In this document: positions 9,130 through 17,344 of the stretch, one piece after another | Numbering within the stretch: the stretch's first letter is position 1 | Layout of the letters: each line of letters opens with the position of its first letter | IMG/VR virus record: IMGVR_UViG_3300033463_000003 | Source: a virus | Taxonomy: Duplodnaviria > Heunggongvirae > Uroviricota > Caudoviricetes | Direction: 5' to 3' (one strand) | Length of the DNA stretch: 64,000 nt | Position numbers and translations under genes: made by a program | The notes under the pieces: model-generated | Databases searched by the model: none | Seen by the model: the letters and a program-made list of their open reading frames with translations, nothing else | Told to the model about the DNA's origin: nothing

Positions 9130-9444
9130 ATGTTTGAAAATGAATTAAAAAATAAAATTGAATTTGTTAACGAAATTAGCACAGCTTTAACCATTGGGTG
9201 TAGAAATATTGACAGAGCAGAATATGTTATCTTCCAATCAGATAAAAACCCAGAGTGGTATACCGAGTTTGTGGTCATGCACTATAGAGGAGGTGCTATT
9301 CAAGCCAGATACTGCACAGGCAATAGTTGTGGAGCTATCTTTGAGGAAATTGCACAAATGTTATATACATCACAAAAATTCCCACAAGATACAAGGGACT
9401 ACTTAGAGTTTGTAAAAAGAAATTCTAAAATTTTGCAACTTTAG
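9130..9444 (+). CDS. hypothetical protein (104 aa)
   Basis: ORF with RBS. Confidence 0.5.
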   Translation: MFENELKNKIEFVNEISTALTIGCRNIDRAEYVIFQSDKNPEWYTEFVVMHYRGGAIQARYCTGNSCGAIFEEIAQMLYTSQKFPQDTRDYLEFVKRNSKILQL

Positions 9445-9447
9445 TAT

Positions 9448-9474
9448 TTACAAATAAAAAAATATGGTATAATA
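9448..9474 (+). promoter_or_regulatory. Early promoter (TTTACA, spacer, TGGTATAAT)
   Basis: Consensus match. Confidence 0.5.
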
Positions 9475-9498
9475 TATTATAGAGGTGGCAAATGAGCT

Positions 9499-9843
9499 AT
9501 GGAAAAAGAATTAGAATTTACAACCGCAGATCTTGATGATTTAAAAGAACTGGATGAGCTAGACCTTTCTGATGTTCCAAGTCAATATGAATATCAAGTT
9601 TGGTTATTAGGCTATGATGCCAACCAACTTGCTAATGATTATGAATATCAAATTGATTGGTTCGACTCATTTACAGAAGCTAAAAAGTGTTTTGATTTCT
9701 TTGCTGATGTTAAGAATTTAAAAGAAGTATTTACAATTCCAAATGATGTAAAGAATTTAGAACTTAGAATTGAATACGTAGTTACAAGCGATAACTATGA
9801 AGTCAATGAAGAAACATTAGAAACTACTACATTTGTTTTATAA
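9499..9843 (+). CDS. hypothetical acidic protein (114 aa)
   Basis: ORF with RBS (agaggtgg). Confidence 0.5.
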   Translation: MEKELEFTTADLDDLKELDELDLSDVPSQYEYQVWLLGYDANQLANDYEYQIDWFDSFTEAKKCFDFFADVKNLKEVFTIPNDVKNLELRIEYVVTSDNYEVNEETLETTTFVL

Positions 9844-9856
9844 GGAGCAAAAGGTT

Positions 9857-10168
9857 ATGAAAAAAACAAAGTATTTAAACAAAACATTTGACAACAATTG
9901 GACTTGCGTGCACGTTGGTGTTGCAAGCGTTAATGGTGCTTTTTACAAAGGCACAAGAAAAAGAACATTAAGACCTGGCCACAGAAGCTATTACTATCTT
10001 TTTGTCCGTGAAACCTCAGATGGTAAATTCGACAAGATGGTAAGATTAAACTGTGCCCAAGCAGCAAGTGTTTATAGCGGAAAGCAAACCGTTGAGTATT
10101 ATTCAGATAAAAAACAAAACAAAGTTAACCCAGATATTTTAAATAAGGTTGGATACTACTTTATTTAA
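9857..10168 (+). CDS. hypothetical basic protein (103 aa)
   Basis: ATG at 9857 preceded by aaggagcaaaagg. In frame with track ORF 9833-10168. Confidence 0.5.
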   Translation: MKKTKYLNKTFDNNWTCVHVGVASVNGAFYKGTRKRTLRPGHRSYYYLFVRETSDGKFDKMVRLNCAQAASVYSGKQTVEYYSDKKQNKVNPDILNKVGYYFI

Positions 10169-10203
10169 TCTACTGGAGGTAAGATTGAAAGGAGAAAGTT
10201 AAG

Positions 10204-11079
10204 ATGTTACAACAAGTTAAGAAAGATTGTATGTCAGCAGCTTCTAGACTTGGCGACTATCAAGCAATGAGTGTAGATACTTTAGCTGATGGATACTGCA
10301 AAGCTTTAGACGAACAAGATATGGATAATATGGATTCTTATCTTGGTGCTTTAATTTTACGCTTTTGGTATAGAATTAATAAACTTTTACAAGAAAATTT
10401 AAATTATAGCAATGATAGAACCGAATATTTTGACTGGTTAGTTGAGGCTATTAACTATGCTTGTAAATACAGAAAGTGGCAAGACCCAGCAAATAAGGTT
10501 AATGCACAACAATGTATTAATCAATGTATTGCTACAATCAGATTACAACATTATTATGTCAGCAATTTAAAGAAGAATGCTGGTGCTTATGGTAGCATGG
10601 TAAGCTTAGATGATAATGTTGCTGGCGACCCAGATGGCAAGCGCCTTCTTGATACTATTGAATCTGATGAAATTCCAGCAGATCAAGAAAGTCATGTTGT
10701 AGAATACTTGGTGCAATACTATATTAACAACAAGAAACTGGTAGAAGCTATCATCTTAGATAACATTGCGTTCCAAGATTCATATAAACTTACTAAAAAG
10801 GTAGTTAGAACCACAGATGAAGAAGGTAATCCAGTTAAATACCACGAATACTCTTCTAAATTCTGGCCATATAGAGTAGTTCAAGCTTTAAATGCACTTC
10901 CAGATGATTATTTAGAGTATTTTATGGAAAAATATGAAGATGTTGTTCCAGTTGAGTTCGAAGCAGCACTAAATAGCATCAAAAAAGCTAACAATCAGAA
11001 ACTCTATAAGTCAATTGAAAAAACATTGGCTGGCTTACGTGCAAATAAGGAACTTTTAGAGGAATTATTTTACGCATAG
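10204..11079 (+). CDS. hypothetical protein (291 aa). Largest early-module protein, function unassigned.
   Basis: ORF with a strong RBS (aaggagaaag). No catalytic motif recognised. Confidence 0.55.
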   Translation: MLQQVKKDCMSAASRLGDYQAMSVDTLADGYCKALDEQDMDNMDSYLGALILRFWYRINKLLQENLNYSNDRTEYFDWLVEAINYACKYRKWQDPANKVNAQQCINQCIATIRLQHYYVSNLKKNAGAYGSMVSLDDNVAGDPDGKRLLDTIESDEIPADQESHVVEYLVQYYINNKKLVEAIILDNIAFQDSYKLTKKVVRTTDEEGNPVKYHEYSSKFWPYRVVQALNALPDDYLEYFMEKYEDVVPVEFEAALNSIKKANNQKLYKSIEKTLAGLRANKELLEELFYA

Positions 11080-11162
11080 GCAAATTTAGAAAATTTCAAA
11101 CTAAATGTAGGTGTAAAAGCCTACATTTTATTGTATTATATAGTATAAGGTAGGTAAGCATT

Positions 11163-11879
11163 ATGTATTTAGATATATTGGCAGAAGATAGCTATGGAAA
11201 GTATAGCCGTAAGATTGCAGCTATAGCAGATTTGTATACTGCAGTGTATTTTTCTGAAATTTTAGATATTATAAAAAAGGTTGTTAAGAAAGGTACTTAT
11301 GATGAACTCGGTTATTTTATATTGGATCGAGAATACATCAAAAGTCGCACTACAATAGAAGAAGAGGATCAAATTAACTGTGATTCCGTTTTAGCAAGAG
11401 CAGGAATACTTGCCGTTGATGAAAAGAATTTAAATAAGATTAAAGTAGATTTAGAAAAAGCAGTGGCAATTATGATTGATGAGGATCCGAAGAAACTAGA
11501 AAAGCTCGCTAAAGAAATGAAGATTACACGTCAAGCTGCTGCGAAGAATAAACAATTATATATTATTGCTGGACTAAAGAAAGCAATAGTGGAACCTAAT
11601 GCGCAGATGTTAGATGCCTTACGTAATTGGGTTGAAGCAGTTTATGCCAACAAACGTTATCTAACAAAGCGTGCGATCGAAATTTTCCAAGAAACTATTA
11701 GAAAGTATAGTGAAAATTTAAATGTGCAGCTGAAGATTGTTGAGATCGCTACAATAAATGGTTGGACTGATGCTGCTTGGGCTATTAGTAATTTTGAAAG
11801 AGACTACGCTAACAGAACATCACTTTACAAACCAACATCTGAATCTAATGGTAAAACAAAAGCTGGAGTGGAATTCTAA
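11163..11879 (+). CDS. hypothetical protein (238 aa)
   Basis: ORF with RBS (aaggtagg). Confidence 0.55.
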   Translation: MYLDILAEDSYGKYSRKIAAIADLYTAVYFSEILDIIKKVVKKGTYDELGYFILDREYIKSRTTIEEEDQINCDSVLARAGILAVDEKNLNKIKVDLEKAVAIMIDEDPKKLEKLAKEMKITRQAAAKNKQLYIIAGLKKAIVEPNAQMLDALRNWVEAVYANKRYLTKRAIEIFQETIRKYSENLNVQLKIVEIATINGWTDAAWAISNFERDYANRTSLYKPTSESNGKTKAGVEF

Positions 11880-12199
11880 TGAGTGCAAAATATAAAATAA
11901 TAAATGATTTGCATGCGCATCGAAGGAATTTGGTAGGCTGGTTAGTGTTAGAACTCACTATACTAGGAATATTAATAGCTACAATTGCATTGATCTGCAC
12001 AGCCGACTCATCGTTGGGCAATAAAATTCTAATGTCAATACTTACTTCAGTGGGAATTGCAATTATGATCCGGATCGCAGCTGCATCGATCCGAAAGGTG
12101 TATGCTTTAAATATTACACTAAAAGAAATGAAAACTTTAACCGATGAGGAAATTAAATTCTTCTACATCGATACATCTGATAATAATGGGAGTGAATAG
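11879..12199 (+). CDS. membrane protein with two predicted TM helices (106 aa)
   Basis: Hydrophobic segments LVGWLVLELTILGILIATIALIC and ILMSILTSVGIAIMIRIAAASI. Start overlaps the upstream stop. Confidence 0.5.
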   Translation: MSAKYKIINDLHAHRRNLVGWLVLELTILGILIATIALICTADSSLGNKILMSILTSVGIAIMIRIAAASIRKVYALNITLKEMKTLTDEEIKFFYIDTSDNNGSE

Positions 12200-12200
12200 T

Positions 12201-12530
12201 ATGATAGTGAAAGTTTATAACAGAAAAGCTGATCATGATCCAACGCAGCTGCTAGAATCATTAACTAAGGAAACTGATTTAGTGCGAGTTCAAGCATCTG
12301 ATTATCATGAGCCACGTGAAGAAGATTTAGATTTCGAAAGTAGAATTTTATGTGGTGCAGAAACTATAATGTCTGATATTAAGAAGGTGTTGGGTATTGT
12401 AGACTTAGAAATATTTATGAAGCACCACATGTACGATCATGCTTTTGAAAGAGGCGATTTAGTGGAAGTAGATGGCAAACTATTTTTAAAATCTGAAGTT
12501 GGTTATATTCCAGCAGAAATAAAAAATTAA
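12201..12530 (+). CDS. hypothetical protein (109 aa)
   Basis: ATG at 12201 immediately follows the upstream stop. In frame with track ORF 12144-12530. Confidence 0.5.
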   Translation: MIVKVYNRKADHDPTQLLESLTKETDLVRVQASDYHEPREEDLDFESRILCGAETIMSDIKKVLGIVDLEIFMKHHMYDHAFERGDLVEVDGKLFLKSEVGYIPAEIKN

Positions 12531-12548
12531 AAAATTATAAAAAAACTA

Positions 12549-12578
12549 TTTACAAACAACAAAAAACATATTATAATA
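12549..12578 (+). promoter_or_regulatory. Early promoter (TTTACA, then TATTATAAT)
   Basis: Consensus match. Confidence 0.45.
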
Positions 12579-12634
12579 TATATGTAAGATGAATAAAGAA
12601 CTTACAAATATTAATTATAAGGAGCTTATCAAAA

Positions 12635-12916
12635 ATGCAAAAAACAGTTAATCAAGTCAAAAACGCCTACACATTCTATTTACAACCAAAGTTAGGTAAA
12701 ATCTATTCAATGTCAAAAAATAACAATGTTGAATTAGAAGCAATGAAAAGAATTGTTAAGAGTTATGTTAAAGAAGCTAGATACTCTTACCCAGTCAATC
12801 AACTTACCAAATTACAATGGTTCAAAAATACAGTTGATGAAATTGACTCAAAGAAACAATTATACTTCTTCTGTAGAAACTCTGTCCGTAGAGCACAAGC
12901 AACATTAGCAAGATAA
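12635..12916 (+). CDS. hypothetical basic protein (93 aa)
   Basis: ORF with an AAGGAG RBS. Confidence 0.5.
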   Translation: MQKTVNQVKNAYTFYLQPKLGKIYSMSKNNNVELEAMKRIVKSYVKEARYSYPVNQLTKLQWFKNTVDEIDSKKQLYFFCRNSVRRAQATLAR

Positions 12917-12930
12917 TTAAAAACAAAAAA

Positions 12931-12972
12931 GATTGTAAAAGTTGTTTACAATCTTTTTATTTTGCGTTATAA
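12931..12972 (+). promoter_or_regulatory. Early terminator-promoter module (gattgtaaaagttgTTTACAatcttttt, then GCGTTATAAT)
   Basis: 9-bp stem with a -35 in the distal arm, then a U-run. Confidence 0.55.
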
Positions 12973-12999
12973 TATATGTAGAAAAGAGGAATAATAAAT

Positions 13000-13443
13000 A
13001 TGTCAACAAGATGCAGAATTGGAATTAAAAACAAAGATAATACTATTACATCAATCTATTGCCACCACGATGGTTATCCAGATTGTGTGGGTGATACTCT
13101 GGTAAATCATTACACCAACGAAGATAAGATTAGGAAACTTATGGAACTTGGTGATATGAGTTCTTTAGGAAATGAACCTATTGATAATCCAAACGCTTGG
13201 GAAACACCTGGACTATGTGATGACTGGTTTGGAAAGTATAAAGAATTACACCCTGATGATATGTGTGATACTTATAAGTCAAGAGGTGAAGATGTTCCAG
13301 CAAGTATAGACAATAACTTAAAAGAATATCAAGAACGTACCGAGGACAGTTGGGGTGAATATGGTTATATCTTCCAAGATAATGACTGGTATGTGTTTGA
13401 ATACAAAGGCGAAGAATTAAAATTAGTTAAAGATTTATTATAA
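13000..13443 (+). CDS. hypothetical protein, paralog family A (147 aa)
   Basis: Paralog of 4463-4927. Confidence 0.6.
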   Translation: MSTRCRIGIKNKDNTITSIYCHHDGYPDCVGDTLVNHYTNEDKIRKLMELGDMSSLGNEPIDNPNAWETPGLCDDWFGKYKELHPDDMCDTYKSRGEDVPASIDNNLKEYQERTEDSWGEYGYIFQDNDWYVFEYKGEELKLVKDLL

Positions 13444-13469
13444 AGGGGTTTGTAAAAACCTCTTTTTTT
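13443..13469 (+). terminator. Rho-independent terminator (aaaggggtttgtaaaaacctcttttttt). A second hairpin with U-run follows at 13482-13528.
   Basis: Stem-loop followed by a U-run. Confidence 0.55.
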
Positions 13470-13525
13470 ATTTTATAAAAAACATCGGAACTAAAAATTT
13501 GGTCACAGATCTGTTCCGGATTTTT

Positions 13526-13550
13526 TATTTTCACTGAGCTTAGTGGAATT
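13526..13550. repeat. Palindromic motif TTTTCACTgagctTAGTGgAATTT (copy 3)
   Basis: Same family. Confidence 0.55.
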
Positions 13551-13650
13551 TGCCTGCATCGTACGGGATCTGCGCATGCGACTGCTGTGCGAATGCTTGT
13601 AAGTTTTTGTTAAATGCCTGCACAGCCTGTACATCGGTGTGACAGCTACA

Positions 13651-13676
13651 GCAAATTTCACTAGACACTAGTATAA
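13651..13676. repeat. Palindromic motif AAATTTCACTagacaCTAGTatAAAA (copy 4)
   Basis: Same family. About 125 bp from copy 3. GC-rich DNA lies between the two, with the duplicated word tgcctgca. Confidence 0.5.
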
Positions 13677-13733
13677 AAACTTATAGGATGTCACCCCCCC
13701 TGGATGTACATGAAGTTTATTCCAAAAACCTGT

Positions 13734-13761
13734 TTACATTTTTGTGCACATATGTTATAAT
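13734..13761 (+). promoter_or_regulatory. Early promoter (TTTACA, spacer, TGTTATAAT)
   Basis: Consensus match. Confidence 0.5.
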
Positions 13762-13792
13762 ATTAATAGGAAGAAAGAAGGTAATAAAAATT

Positions 13793-14044
13793 ATGAAGTA
13801 TGTAAATAATGGAAAAACTTATGATGTTGAAGAAGTTAATTTAATGGGTGCAATTATAAACGTTAATGGAACTTCTATCACAGACTTTCAAAAGATGTAC
13901 GAACTAACTGGCGATAAAATGCTTTATGGAAATGGTGGTTATACAGTATTTGTTGGGAGCGATGAAATCTACTATGACACATTCGAGCAAGCTTATGATT
14001 GTGCCATGAATAAACAAAAAGATACTTTTTGGTTGGAGGACTAA
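13793..14044 (+). CDS. hypothetical protein (83 aa)
   Basis: The ATG at 13793 lies downstream of the promoter. Track ORF 13688-14044 begins upstream of the promoter, so the internal ATG is preferred. Confidence 0.5.
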   Translation: MKYVNNGKTYDVEEVNLMGAIINVNGTSITDFQKMYELTGDKMLYGNGGYTVFVGSDEIYYDTFEQAYDCAMNKQKDTFWLED

Positions 14045-14048
14045 TTAT

Positions 14049-14300
14049 ATGAAACTAAATAAAAAACAAAAAGAGTTCTTATTTGAAAAGTACTATGTTA
14101 CTGCCAAAGTCTTAGATGCTTGTGTTGAAGATGGTTGGCAAAACTACTTTATTAAATGGTTTAATTGGGAATTAAAAACTGAATTAGACCAATATGGTTT
14201 TCATAGACTTTATTTAAAAGATAAAGATGATGGAACTATTGAATATACAATTGGTTTAAACTTCCATGACAATGATTTAGAATTGTTAAAAAGTTTATAA
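14049..14300 (+). CDS. hypothetical protein (83 aa)
   Basis: ORF closely coupled to the upstream gene. Confidence 0.5.
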   Translation: MKLNKKQKEFLFEKYYVTAKVLDACVEDGWQNYFIKWFNWELKTELDQYGFHRLYLKDKDDGTIEYTIGLNFHDNDLELLKSL

Positions 14301-14307
14301 AAGCTAT

Positions 14308-14335
14308 TTACAAATTAAAAAAGTTAGACTATAAT
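14308..14335 (+). promoter_or_regulatory. Early promoter (TTTACA, spacer, gacTATAAT)
   Basis: Consensus match. Confidence 0.45.
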
Positions 14336-14360
14336 ATAAATAGAAAGAAGGTAAGAAGGA

Positions 14361-14564
14361 ATGAATACACTTACAGTTAAAGAATTATTAGAATTATGTA
14401 AAGAACAAGTTGCATTAGGTAATGGTGATAAAAAGATACTATTATCAAATGACGACGAAGGTAATGGTTATCATGAATGCTTCTATCATTTTACAGAGGA
14501 TGTAGCAGGTAATGATATGTGGGGCGAAATTGAACACCCAGAAGAGTATATTATTTTAGGCTAA
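14361..14564 (+). CDS. hypothetical protein, paralog family C (67 aa)
   Basis: Paralog of 5461-5697. Confidence 0.55.
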   Translation: MNTLTVKELLELCKEQVALGNGDKKILLSNDDEGNGYHECFYHFTEDVAGNDMWGEIEHPEEYIILG

Positions 14565-14577
14565 GGAGGATTTTACA

Positions 14578-14742
14578 ATGGATGAAACATATACAATTAT
14601 CGTAAAACGCCAAGGCAAAAAAGATATGATTAGAAAGGGCTTAGATAAACTAAATGCTTCTATAATTCCGGCAGAATTACAATTAGCTTTTCCAAAAGCA
14701 TTTAAATCGGGTTATATGAGTGTAATAGTTTTAAAAGAATAA
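14578..14742 (+). CDS. hypothetical small protein (54 aa)
   Basis: AAGGAGG RBS 7 nt upstream. Below the track size cutoff. Confidence 0.4.
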   Translation: MDETYTIIVKRQGKKDMIRKGLDKLNASIIPAELQLAFPKAFKSGYMSVIVLKE

Positions 14743-14744
14743 TT

Positions 14745-15167
14745 ATGACGTACGAAGAAATACAATACAATAAAGAAAGAATAACAGTTAATAGAATAGT
14801 TATACTAGCTTTAGAGTACTTGCAAGAAAAGAAACATTTAAAACTAGATGTACAACAAATTGAGTCTATGCCAGGATACGGACCTATGGACCCACTATCT
14901 ACTTTTTACATTCTAACTATTCAATACACACCAGACCAACCTCCTATCGGTGTTGCAACTTGGGATGCCATTCGACATATTAGAGTAATGTTGTCTAGTA
15001 GTTATTTTGACCCACACCCAATGCCTGATGACTCTGATGTATTAAGAACTTTATATGGTAAAGTAGATAATACTAAGTATACTATATTAAGACTTGTTGA
15101 AAAAATTTATCAGGGCATTAAACCTTATATCACAAAACCTAAGTGGCAAGAATTTAGTTTTGATTAA
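14745..15167 (+). CDS. hypothetical protein (140 aa)
   Basis: ORF. Confidence 0.5.
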   Translation: MTYEEIQYNKERITVNRIVILALEYLQEKKHLKLDVQQIESMPGYGPMDPLSTFYILTIQYTPDQPPIGVATWDAIRHIRVMLSSSYFDPHPMPDDSDVLRTLYGKVDNTKYTILRLVEKIYQGIKPYITKPKWQEFSFD

Positions 15168-15175
15168 AAAAACTA

Positions 15176-15204
15176 TTTACATTATTTAATAGATATGTTA
15201 TAAT
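15176..15204 (+). promoter_or_regulatory. Early promoter (TTTACA, spacer, TGTTATAAT)
   Basis: Consensus match. Confidence 0.5.
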
Positions 15205-15228
15205 AATAATGTAAGGAAGGTAAGTAAT

Positions 15229-15552
15229 ATGAAATTAAGTAATTATCATCAAACATTAAAAGCAAGAGGTTATAAAGTTCGTGAGTTGAGCGAATATCAA
15301 GGAATTAATGTGTTTGAAAAAGAGCACAAATTTAATAAGATAGTTTGCACAGTCGTTAAAGATACTCATGGTAAGGGAGTTGAAATGACATTCAATATCT
15401 ACCCAACATTAACGACACCAAAAGATATGGTTGAATTTAAGGAGCAAGAGTTTGATAGAAGTTATCTTGTTAAAGAAGCGACTGTTATTCATCAAGCCTT
15501 TGAAGAATTAAAAACTCTTAAATCACCAAAGCACGTTCATTACTTTAATTAA
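15229..15552 (+). CDS. hypothetical protein (107 aa)
   Basis: ORF with an AAGGAAGG RBS. Confidence 0.5.
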   Translation: MKLSNYHQTLKARGYKVRELSEYQGINVFEKEHKFNKIVCTVVKDTHGKGVEMTFNIYPTLTTPKDMVEFKEQEFDRSYLVKEATVIHQAFEELKTLKSPKHVHYFN

Positions 15553-15566
15553 GGAGGTAAAGAAAG

Positions 15567-15713
15567 ATGAGCCAAAGTGTTGTTGCCGTTGAAATCGAAA
15601 ATGTTATGGGGTTCAAGCCAAATATGGAAGCAGTTGAAACTATAACTTGGTTTAAAAATAATAATCCTTATATGGAATTAAAACAAATTATTGAAGATTA
15701 TTATTTGTGATAA
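15567..15713 (+). CDS. hypothetical small protein (47-48 aa). The open frame ends in TGA followed immediately by TAA.
   Basis: AGGAGG RBS. The tandem TGA-TAA at 15708-15713 is the only in-frame TGA seen in the early module. Confidence 0.4.
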
Positions 15714-15736
15714 CGTTTAATTAAATAAACAAAAGG

Positions 15737-15774
15737 AAAGATAACGTTTAATATAACTGACGTTATCTTTTTTT
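15737..15774 (+). terminator. Rho-independent terminator (gataacgt...acgttatc plus a U7 run)
   Basis: 8-bp stem followed by a U-run. Confidence 0.6.
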
Positions 15775-15845
15775 ATTATTTACATTTTTGTTGGAATACA
15801 TTATAACGAAAACATGATTCAGATGATTGATCAGATTCATCAATT

Positions 15846-15869
15846 ATCACACTGAGCTAGTGAAATTTA
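15846..15869. repeat. Palindromic motif TCACACTgagCTAGTGAAATTT (copy 5)
   Basis: Same family. Sits in an island containing GATC palindromes (catgattcagatgattgatcagattcatc). Confidence 0.5.
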
Positions 15870-15892
15870 GAAAGCTGTAAATCCGATCACAT

Positions 15893-16222
15893 ATGTCAAC
15901 ACCAAACTTTTTTGACAAACTTCGTCATAATTTTTCCGGATCGACATCTGATTGGATTTATAACATCGTAGCTTTTAGTGAATTTAGTGAAGAATTATTC
16001 CGATCGTACGATGTTGTAACGATCTGTTGTTGTGCTAAATTACATGTACGAGGTTACAAATTTACGATGTATAGAATAATGTTAGTGAAAAAAGATTCAA
16101 CACCACAGCTAATTGAGGTCTGTGAATCTGAACTGGCGGCAGAAAAAGCACTGGAAAACTTTAAAGCTGCATTCCCAAAGCAGATCAGAACCGGTGAGTT
16201 TACAGTTTATATTGAAAAATAG
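15893..16222 (+). CDS. hypothetical protein (109 aa)
   Basis: Long ORF but no convincing RBS. Lies just after the repeat island. Confidence 0.4.
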   Translation: MSTPNFFDKLRHNFSGSTSDWIYNIVAFSEFSEELFRSYDVVTICCCAKLHVRGYKFTMYRIMLVKKDSTPQLIEVCESELAAEKALENFKAAFPKQIRTGEFTVYIEK

Positions 16223-16258
16223 CACAAGAAAAATTTGTGTTATTTTTTTATTTTCTTA

Positions 16259-16287
16259 TTTACAAATGTTTTAAATAATGTTATAAT
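16259..16287 (+). promoter_or_regulatory. Early promoter (TTTACA, spacer, TGTTATAAT)
   Basis: Consensus match. This is the last copy of the early class. Confidence 0.5.
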
Positions 16288-16311
16288 ATATATGTAAAGA
16301 GGAAAAGATAA

Positions 16312-16494
16312 ATGAACAAAGTATTAAGATTATTATTGGCAATTATATTAACACCTATTATTATGATTTGGAATGTAATAACAGTTGGTATTGTAGCAGT
16401 CATTGGGTTTATTGTTGGAGTTATTAAAGGTTCGGCAAACACAATTGATAGAGTTATAGATGGACCAAAAGAAACAATGGAGGTAAATGAATAA
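16312..16494 (+). CDS. small membrane protein (60 aa)
   Basis: Two hydrophobic helices. AGAGG RBS. Confidence 0.5.
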   Translation: MNKVLRLLLAIILTPIIMIWNVITVGIVAVIGFIVGVIKGSANTIDRVIDGPKETMEVNE

Positions 16495-16700
16495 TGAAAA
16501 GATGTTGTATTTGTGGTTGTATCATTGAAAGTCCTATGGGTGAAAACAATCCTGAAGGTGCTTGTTGGAAAACTGAAACTGGTGATATTGTAGAAGCAAC
16601 GTTTGAACCAACTGATGTATGTTGTAATGAATGTAATACCAGATATGTTATTCCAGGTAGAATATATAAATTAAATAAAGTTAAAAGAGGCGAAAAATAA
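16494..16700 (+). CDS. Cys-rich Zn-ribbon-like protein (68 aa)
   Basis: CCICGC near the N-terminus and CCNEC later. Start overlaps the upstream stop. Confidence 0.5.
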   Translation: MKRCCICGCIIESPMGENNPEGACWKTETGDIVEATFEPTDVCCNECNTRYVIPGRIYKLNKVKRGEK

Positions 16701-16783
16701 ATCGCTTCTTTTTTATTTACAAACACCAAAGAATATGTCATCATGATGATGTAGCTGCACATGATCAGGAATTTAAATATGCT

Positions 16784-16808
16784 TTTAGTGAAATTTAGTG
16801 GAAGCTTT
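16784..16808. repeat. Motif TTTTAGTGAAATTTAGTGG (copy 6, left end of the GATC-rich island)
   Basis: Same family. The word agctttca follows it here and also follows copy 7. Confidence 0.5.
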
Positions 16809-16880
16809 CAGATGAATTCAGAACTGTGATCATGCATTTGTGTTACCATGATCTGTGGAATGATCGATCCGATGCATAGT

Positions 16881-16908
16881 AAATTTCACTGAACTAGTAA
16901 AGCTTTCA
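16881..16908. repeat. Palindromic motif AAATTTCACTgaaCTAGTaAAG (copy 7, right end of the island)
   Basis: In inverted orientation relative to copy 6. The two copies bracket about 75 bp that contain six GATC sites. Confidence 0.5.
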
Positions 16909-17033
16909 TTATTATAAATCCTGATCACGGAACGTACATAGAAAAATAATCTTCTTTTTTTATTACACCAATATAAAATAAAATAGTCGTTGTTGTATAA
17001 TATAATAGATTTAAAAACGAGGTAGTATTGCTT

Positions 17034-17333
17034 ATGGAAAAGCATTATAAGATTTTACAGTTAAGAGACTTACAGACACCATACATCTGGCGCAGTTACA
17101 GCCGAGCATTGGATAACAACTTTTCACTAGAAGATTATGATGTTGTTTACGATGCGCACATTGATGTAGATGAATTTGAAGATGATGAACAAACACTAGA
17201 TAGACTTTGGGTGATGTTTAATATGGATCATCCAGGTGACTTTGAAGGTAGGTCTATGTCAGTGAGCGATATTATAGAGTTTGACGATGCTACATATTAC
17301 GTTGACTCTGTTGGTTTTAAAAAGATAAAGTAG
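17034..17333 (+). CDS. hypothetical acidic protein (99 aa)
   Basis: ATG at 17034 after an RBS (acgaggtag). Upstream lies ttgtTGTATAATAT. The track ORF started at a TTG codon at 17028. Confidence 0.5.
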   Translation: MEKHYKILQLRDLQTPYIWRSYSRALDNNFSLEDYDVVYDAHIDVDEFEDDEQTLDRLWVMFNMDHPGDFEGRSMSVSDIIEFDDATYYVDSVGFKKIK

Positions 17334-17344
17334 AGGTAGATGTT

